Assembly: GCA_035548675.1 (NCBI GenBank) | Contig: DASZSJ010000016.1 | Coordinates: forward strand, 796 to 64,795 | Reading direction: 5' to 3' | Length of the DNA stretch: 64,000 nucleotides | From: Solirubrobacterales bacterium | GTDB lineage: Bacteria > Actinomycetota > Thermoleophilia > Solirubrobacterales > 70-9 | Shown: in pieces, positions 58,826 to 64,000 of the stretch | How the letters are laid out: the number at the start of each line of letters is the position of its first letter | How positions within the stretch are numbered: position 1 is the stretch's first letter | The notes under the pieces: model-generated | What the model was told of the DNA's origin: nothing | Seen by the model: only the letters and a program-made list of their open reading frames with translations | Databases searched by the model: none | Position numbers and translations under genes: made by a program

Positions 58826-58938
58826 CGTCTCCCCTACTCGTTCAGGGCCGAAGCCTACAGATGCACCCTTCCCATCCCGAGGCCACTTGACGTTCCATGC
58901 CTGAAACACCGCCGCTCTACCAAGCCACTATTGATCGT

Positions 58939-59040
58939 ATTGAAAGGCCGAGGGGCGTCTGCATGGCGAGCGGACTAGCTTCGATTGTGTGACCGAGATG
59001 CGACTTGCCGGTGCGGTCGTTTCTACCGAAGGACAAGCGC
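58939..59040 (+). repeat. family R repeat, copy 4 (long form, first half-site degenerate)
   Basis: attgaaaggccgagggg...gtgtgaccgagATGCGACttgccggtgcggtcgtttctACCGAAGGACAAG. The stop of the 59048..59335 ORF follows at 59048. Confidence 0.7.
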
Positions 59041-59047
59041 TCCAACG

Positions 59048-59335
59048 TTAGACAGCCGCGAGGGCCGGCGCGAGGTCGTCGGCGCTCGCTTTGACCGACT
59101 CCGGAATCGTGATGCGAAGTTCGCCATCGCGATCGAGGATCGCTTGAGCACCCAAAACAGTGAGACCGACGATTCGTTGAGTGCCAGGCTCGAAGCGCAG
59201 GACATGACCCTCGGGCGTCTCCTCGCCCTCCGCCTCTTTGGGCTCGCCGACATGCAAATAGAGCACGTCGTTCTCAGCGTCATAGTCTGCGTGGTCGAAG
59301 GCGACCGGGCCAATTCTGATGTTCACTTGCTCCAT
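59048..59335 (-). CDS. DUF2283-like small protein (putative antitoxin)
   Basis: YDAENDVLYLHVGEP...G.V.GLTVL is a DUF2283-like pattern. Family assignment is from memory and has not been searched. Confidence 0.5.
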   Translation of the reverse strand: MEQVNIRIGPVAFDHADYDAENDVLYLHVGEPKEAEGEETPEGHVLRFEPGTQRIVGLTVLGAQAILDRDGELRITIPESVKASADDLAPALAAV

Positions 59336-59634
59336 GAGCGTGGATCCTTCCGATTACCGAACGCAGAGATGACCCGCGCTGGCTCCTGTTCATAGCTTAC
59401 GACCACCAACAGCCAGCGACTAGGGCCCGCGCCGCGCAGGTAGTGGCGCCTGCGCTGCTCGTAAGCGGGATCCGGCAAGACGCGGTCCGGTTCAGCAACG
59501 GCCCTCAATACGTCAGCGAGATAAGGCGCCAACTCGGGATGACCTCGCAGAATCTTGTCACGCCAGAGATCAGCGGGCACGATCACCCGAACGCCTGCCG
59601 GATCTTTTCCCTCCCCAGCCTCGCCATTCATCAT
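59323..59634 (-). CDS. hypothetical protein, possible DUF4258-like toxin
   Basis: 103 aa. It overlaps the downstream DUF2283-like gene by 13 nt. The start is uncertain and the family assignment tentative. Confidence 0.4.
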   Translation of the reverse strand: MMNGEAGEGKDPAGVRVIVPADLWRDKILRGHPELAPYLADVLRAVAEPDRVLPDPAYEQRRRHYLRGAGPSRWLLVVVSYEQEPARVISAFGNRKDPRSWSK

Positions 59635-59653
59635 CGGAAGTCGCCGCCCGTGT

Positions 59654-60001
59654 TCATCCGGCGAGGACCCGTCCCTGCGAGAGAGCGGCGCGGACGAACC
59701 CCCCAGGCACGTCGCGCCAGCGGTCCACGTAGTCGCAGCTCAGGACTAGAACGCTGGCCGGAACTCGCAGATCGCGCAAGGTGCGATGAAGACGCACCGA
59801 CTCCTCAGCCTCGTTTGCGACTTCGGGCTCTACGACAAGGAAGTCAATATCGCTATAGGGACTTGCCGAGCCGCAGGCGTACGAACCAAACAAAATGATC
59901 TGCGCCTCGGGTGCAGCAATAGCTAGGCGGTGCCCTGCCTCCGTGATCAGGGCCTCATCGACTGTCCGCATGATCGAAATCATAGATACAACCGCAGACA
60001 A
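59654..60001 (-). CDS. minimal nucleotidyltransferase (MNT-type), paralog of 55918..56259
   Basis: GSYACGSASPYSDIDFLVVEPEVANEAEESVRLHRTLRDL. The start is uncertain: TTG at 60001, or an internal ATG. Confidence 0.7.
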   Translation of the reverse strand: MSAVVSMISIMRTVDEALITEAGHRLAIAAPEAQIILFGSYACGSASPYSDIDFLVVEPEVANEAEESVRLHRTLRDLRVPASVLVLSCDYVDRWRDVPGGFVRAALSQGRVLAG

Positions 60002-60560
60002 CTCGTATCATTCCTCCATGGCTCACGAGCAGCTCATAACAACGCCGCGAGGGCATCCAGCCGCGCGTAGTGCTGCCGTCACGACGCCGCACCTCGCCGC
60101 CCTCATTGTCGACGGCACAGTACGGCCGAGCGAAGGACCTCGGTACCTACCCCAGCCGACGAGCCTCGGGGGCGCCGGCAAAAGCGCGGCGGACTACATA
60201 AGCGATGGGCGTCGCTGAGGCCCTACATCCCTTGCGCCGAGAGCACGCGCCTCGGGCTCGTCATATCACCCGACAAACCCCGTAAATGGCGATGGAGCAT
60301 GGCGGGGTAAGCGGTGCATCCCGCGCTAACAAATCGAGCCTCCGGTCGACCAGTTGAACGCGGCCCTATCTATTCAAGGCCTGGGACGCAACCTGCCTGG
60401 CCGAAGCTTTTCTCGCAAAATGGGGGACTTCAGGCGTATCTTGATAGGTCTTGGCACTCTTCCAAAAGAGTGCCAGCTATGGTGCAAATGCTTCTGGCAG
60501 GGGAAAGCAAGGCCGCCATTGGGTTGAGCGGCCGGACAAATTCCGACAAGGAGGCATCGA

Positions 60561-60719
60561 ATGGCAAAGGTGGGTCCGTATCACTCCAAGGCCCCCAACG
60601 ACCGCAAGGTCTACCACGATCACAACAATTGCACCGAGGGCAACAACATCGAGACGTACAACAAAGTCTCGGGCACAGGCGGATACCCTCGCTGCGATCA
60701 CTGCCAGCGCCTCGGCTAG
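60561..60719 (+). CDS. small Cys/His-containing protein (52 aa)
   Basis: Not in the ORF track. A strong SD (aaggagg) lies 7 nt upstream of the ATG. My translation: MAKVGPYHSKAPNDRKVYHDHNNCTEGNNIETYNKVSGTGGYPRCDHCQRLG. Confidence 0.55.
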   Translation: MAKVGPYHSKAPNDRKVYHDHNNCTEGNNIETYNKVSGTGGYPRCDHCQRLG

Positions 60720-60796
60720 CGCGACGCTAGCGGCCTCGGCCTGAGCAAGCTATTGCTAGGCCCGCCCTGTTCGCCAAGGCGAGCCTTTGCGAAGCA

Positions 60797-60832
60797 GTCG
60801 ACTACGCAGGGGCTTTCCCCTGCGTAGTCGAC
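60797..60832. terminator. perfect 16-bp-stem hairpin between the small Cys gene and the 537-aa gene
   Basis: gtcgactacgcagggg, then cttt, then cccctgcgtagtcgac. No U-tract follows. Confidence 0.5.
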
Positions 60833-60928
60833 ACAGATTCCACTGGCGCTTTCTGCAAGTTCACCACACTCAGAGAAGTTCATCGCCGACGACAAATCTT
60901 CACTAACCGACGCGACTAAGGAACTTAC

Positions 60929-62542
60929 TTGCCACAAAAACCGCGACAGCAACGAATTACTCTTTTCCTGCTGAAGGAGGGTATCGACGACGAGGAAATC
61001 TGGATTCAAACCAGTATTGCCGAACAAACCCAGGTGGCGGCAGGGGGACTGAAGGGCACACTTTCCGTCGGCCACAATAAAAGCTCAACCCCAAAATGGT
61101 CGAAGTACTTGCGAGACCATGTGACAGGCACTCGGCTTGCGGACCTTCGGAACCGCTCAACAGCGGCTGCGCTCCTCTTTGAAACATCTGAACGCCAGTT
61201 TGTCGCCTGCTTTGGCTACGGACGCTCAATGATCAATCTAGAGCTTTGCGAGCCAGACTTTGGACTCAAGGTCGTCGTGAATTCAATCAAACCGAACCGC
61301 CTGAAGAGCATTGACGCGCGGGGCTTTGAGGAGATCACCCGTAATACAAAGCGTGATGTCAGTCGCGAGTCGGCGCTAAGCGCTTTCGAGATCGACGTTG
61401 AGCGAGATGTTGTTCGGTCGCTAACCGGAGCACCCGAGGATGAGGAACTCGCAAAGCGACTTAGCGGCGCTGACGCTCTGGGTCTCAACACTAAACGCCA
61501 GTTGCCAGAACTATCGAAACTGTGTGATGAGCTACTCAATGCCTACAAGTCGACCCGCTATCGAGAGCGGGGGTTTGGGTTTATCGATCACCTGCGACGT
61601 GTAACCAATAAGGGCGAGAAGGCCGAACTCGACGATGCTCTGGTTCAAGCCCTAAATGAGGGCGGCGACGCGCTAGACGATCTGCACTTGGCGATTCCAG
61701 AGGCTATCGACTGGCTGGCCGTGGATGGAATTCGCCTAAGTGGAGAACGCAAAGGAAACAAATTGCATGCTGACCCCTCTGTAAGCGCTTATCTGCGCCT
61801 ACGCGCAGATAAAGAGATTGATCTACCTAGGCTCAAGCGCGATCAAGTCTTGGCTATGGGCGCTGAGACCGAGGCGCCGATTGGGCACTGGTCAATCTAC
61901 CGATGCATCGTCTACCAGACCCGACGTAACGGCCGCCTCTACGTTCTTAGCGCAGGTGATTGGTTTTGGGTGGCCGAGAGCTACGTACAAAAAGTGACCG
62001 ATTACGTTGCGCAGCTACCCGAACTTGAGATCGATCTGCCGGACTGTGCTCCCAACTCACGCGAGGATGCCTATAACCTCGCAGCTGCTGAGGCAACTGG
62101 GTGCCTCTGCCTTGATGGGAAATTTGTAACTGAATCGGTCCCCGATAACGTCGAGGTATGTGACTTGCTCAGCCCGGATCGAAAGCTGATCCATGTTAAG
62201 AAGCGTGGATCTTCCTCAACCCTTAGTCACCTCTTCAACCAAGGGGTTAATTCGGCCGAATGGCTACGTGAGGATCCTGCGTTCAGAACCGAGGCTCGGG
62301 AGATGGCGAGTGAGATCAATCCACAGATTGCCGAAGCACTGCCTTCCGGTGAATTCGAGCCGAGTGACTACGAGGTTGCATTCGTCGTTATCACTAGAAG
62401 TGAACGTGACTCTCCATTGACATTGCCTTTCTTTAGCTTGGTCAGCTTGCGTAATGCAGCTCGTACACTTCGACATCAAGGCTATCGGGTGACTGTAAAG
62501 GCCGTGAAAGAGCCGCGAGAGACTGGCAAAGAAACGGAATAA
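60929..62542 (+). CDS. 537-aa protein resembling the TIGR04141/DUF6119 sporadically distributed family; possible PD-(D/E)xK-like nuclease
   Basis: TTG start with aagga 8 nt upstream. GC is markedly lower than its surroundings. The C-terminal motif is DLLSPDRKLIHVKKRGSSSTLSHLFNQG. Family assignment is from memory and has not been searched. Confidence 0.6.
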   Translation: MPQKPRQQRITLFLLKEGIDDEEIWIQTSIAEQTQVAAGGLKGTLSVGHNKSSTPKWSKYLRDHVTGTRLADLRNRSTAAALLFETSERQFVACFGYGRSMINLELCEPDFGLKVVVNSIKPNRLKSIDARGFEEITRNTKRDVSRESALSAFEIDVERDVVRSLTGAPEDEELAKRLSGADALGLNTKRQLPELSKLCDELLNAYKSTRYRERGFGFIDHLRRVTNKGEKAELDDALVQALNEGGDALDDLHLAIPEAIDWLAVDGIRLSGERKGNKLHADPSVSAYLRLRADKEIDLPRLKRDQVLAMGAETEAPIGHWSIYRCIVYQTRRNGRLYVLSAGDWFWVAESYVQKVTDYVAQLPELEIDLPDCAPNSREDAYNLAAAEATGCLCLDGKFVTESVPDNVEVCDLLSPDRKLIHVKKRGSSSTLSHLFNQGVNSAEWLREDPAFRTEAREMASEINPQIAEALPSGEFEPSDYEVAFVVITRSERDSPLTLPFFSLVSLRNAARTLRHQGYRVTVKAVKEPRETGKETE

Positions 62543-62583
62543 GCCATCGATTTGGAGTTAGCGGGTTTGCGTGTTGAATCTAT

Positions 62584-63675
62584 TTACCCAATTGCACCTT
62601 TTACCTTCCCGAAGCTCTCCCTCGTTGGATGCGTATAGCGAGCCAGCATTGTCTCGACGCGGTGGCCGGCGATCTCGGCCAGGTCGGCGTCGTTGATGCC
62701 GGCGGCGCGGAGGTGGGTGACGTAGGAGTGGCGGCACTCGTGGGGGCGGATGTCTAGGCCGGAGGCCTTCTGGGTGGGGTGCCAGAGGTCCCGGTAGAAG
62801 TTGCGCTCGCGCCACATGCGGCCGGTGGGGGTCGTGAAGAGGAGATCGCAGTCCTCGGCATTGAGCTGGATCTGGGCTTCGATCATCCAGGCGAGGGTCG
62901 CCGGGACAGGAACGGTCCTCCCCGCGTCGTGCTCGCCGTGGTCGGTCTTGGTGCCGTCGAGGATCACGCCCTCGTGGGCGGTCCTTCTGACCTTCAACGT
63001 CTCTCCGTCGAAGTCCTCACGCTTCAGCGGGAGCACCTCCCCCAGCCTCATGCCGGTATCGGTGAAGACGCGGACCATTGCCTCGTAGCGACCGGCCGCC
63101 TTGGCGAAGGTGTGCATCTGCTCGAAGCTGAAGACGCGGATCGGTCGGCGCTTCTTCTTTGCCCTCGGGTCGTTGGATCTGACTCGAACGCCCTTGAAGG
63201 GGTTGAGGTCGGCCACTTCGTCGGTGATCGCGTCCTCGGCCATTGCCGATAGAGCGCGGAGGATGCCGACGACGCCGGTTGTGGCTCTGCCCTGGACTCG
63301 CAGCATGTGGTCAACCAGGGCGAGGGCGTGGCGTCGGCGCAGCTCGCGCATGGGCCACTGCTTGAGTGGGACGCCCTCTACCTCGACCTCGAGTACGCGG
63401 CTGATCCGATGCTCGTTGGTCTCGTTGGTGCGATCCGAGCGCGGGTGATGGGTCGGCCAGGTGGCGAAGTACTCACCCAGGGTGTCGGGGCGGTCTGAGA
63501 GCCCGTAGGCCTCGTCTATCGCTTGCTGGGCTTCGCGCTTGAGCTTGAAGGTCCCCTTCCCACGATTCCAGCGGGGCTTGGCGATTCGGTGTTTGCCGTC
63601 GCTGCCGGTGTATCTGGCGACCCAGACGATCTCGCCGGAGGGGTTGCGACGTTTGACCGGCGACTCTCGCCTCAC
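62584..63675 (-). CDS. int: tyrosine-type site-specific integrase
   Basis: Catalytic residues in context: TGMRLGEV (R), HECRHSY (HxxR) and LARYTH (Y). The GTG start overlaps the xis stop as GTGA. Confidence 0.85.
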   Translation of the reverse strand: MRRESPVKRRNPSGEIVWVARYTGSDGKHRIAKPRWNRGKGTFKLKREAQQAIDEAYGLSDRPDTLGEYFATWPTHHPRSDRTNETNEHRISRVLEVEVEGVPLKQWPMRELRRRHALALVDHMLRVQGRATTGVVGILRALSAMAEDAITDEVADLNPFKGVRVRSNDPRAKKKRRPIRVFSFEQMHTFAKAAGRYEAMVRVFTDTGMRLGEVLPLKREDFDGETLKVRRTAHEGVILDGTKTDHGEHDAGRTVPVPATLAWMIEAQIQLNAEDCDLLFTTPTGRMWRERNFYRDLWHPTQKASGLDIRPHECRHSYVTHLRAAGINDADLAEIAGHRVETMLARYTHPTRESFGKVKGAIG

Positions 63676-63863
63676 GAAGCCTCCCTTCGCTGGGCAAGGA
63701 AGGCGTCTACGTCGGCTGGGTCTATCCGTCGGGAAGCTCCGAGCTTGTAGGAGGGCAGGTCTCCCCTCCTGATCCAGTTGCGGATCGTGCGGTCCGAGAC
63801 GGCGAGATAGGCGGCAAGGGTGCGCTCGGTAAAGAAGGTGATCGACCGGGCATTTCTCTCCAT
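63672..63863 (-). CDS. xis: excisionase-family helix-turn-helix DNA-binding protein
   Basis: ATG at 63863 preceded by AGGAGGG. TERTLAAYLAVSDRTIRNWIRRGDLPSYKLG is typical of an excisionase HTH. Confidence 0.75.
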   Translation of the reverse strand: MERNARSITFFTERTLAAYLAVSDRTIRNWIRRGDLPSYKLGASRRIDPADVDAFLAQRREAS

Positions 63864-63913
63864 GCCCTCCTGGTGCCAAAAGGGTCTTCGCTTGATCCAC
63901 TTGTTAGGCAAAA

Positions 63914-63927
63914 GACCGAAGGTCAAG
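63914..63927. repeat. 14-nt motif GACCGAAGGTCAAG, candidate att core
   Basis: Identical to 53349-53362 (end of R copy 1) and 12 of 14 identical to 59024-59037 (end of R copy 4). It lies 51 nt outside the xis start. Confidence 0.4.
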
Positions 63928-64000
63928 CCCCTCGCCGGGCCTCCATACAGGCGGCCTCCGCACGGCGAAGCCGTGCCACAATCGGCCGCCGGAGGCCCGG

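Larger units (their letters stand above)
51213..64000. mobile_element. lower-GC genomic island (TA/defence-rich) ending with xis-int; right boundary at or beyond the window edge, left boundary approximate
   Basis: Composition drops relative to the flanking core genes (hand-counted lines are in the low to mid 50s % GC around 61 kb). The region holds TA modules, pseudogenes, repeats and a tyrosine recombinase. Confidence 0.6.

Noticed and set aside
53264-59040. Interpreting family R plus int as a classical integron (attC sites plus IntI).
   Set aside because: The recombinase is accompanied by an excisionase and looks like a phage/ICE-type tyrosine integrase. It is co-directional with the modules rather than divergent from an attI/Pc. 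The modules contain genes on both strands, and I could not identify R''/L''/L'/R' attC architecture. I kept it only as an analogy in the family R finding.
60018-60218. A 66-aa ORF (MAHEQLITTPRG...GKSAADYISDGRR) as an antitoxin gene.
   Set aside because: Only the last dozen or so residues resemble antitoxin C-termini. There is no SD and no adjacent toxin ORF. It is more likely a decayed remnant, and it is mentioned in a finding rather than called as a feature.
60716-61075. A 119-aa minus-strand ORF.
   Set aside because: It overlaps the start of the 537-aa gene by about 150 nt. It runs through the perfect 16-bp hairpin at 60797-60832, and its sequence is not protein-like.

Overview
High-GC, actinobacterium-like chromosome segment; sampled core lines are about 68-70% GC by hand count, and the taxonomic placement is inference only. 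The minus strand carries most of the conserved translation/transcription supercluster: rpmG-secE-nusG-rplK-rplA-rplJ-rplL-rpoB-rpoC, then fusA-tuf and the S10/spc/alpha operons down to rplQ. Three things break the canonical order. A 5.5-kb block (about 32.5-38.0 kb) carries rpsL-rpsG plus accessory genes on the opposite strand. A 4.1-kb gene for a 1369-aa secreted protein sits between map and rpmJ, where infA normally lies. Several r-proteins have long acidic or low-complexity extensions. The left flank holds an acyl-CoA synthetase (partial), a patatin-like lipase, PBP4/DacB, surE, ligA and truA. From about 51.2 kb to the window end there is a lower-GC island. It contains intact and decayed HepT/MntA modules, VapBC, Fic, GNAT genes, orphan nucleotidyltransferases, a low-GC 537-aa TIGR04141/DUF6119-like gene, and xis-int at the right edge. 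I recognised no rRNA, tRNA or CRISPR array by eye. The most unusual content is non-coding: six families of structured repeats whose stems covary between copies. Family C fills four intercistronic gaps of translation operons, always in mRNA sense. Family R lies just past the stop codon of four consecutive minus-strand toxin/defence operons in the island. Part of family R recurs beside xis. All coordinates for non-ORF features were hand-indexed and may be off by a few bases.
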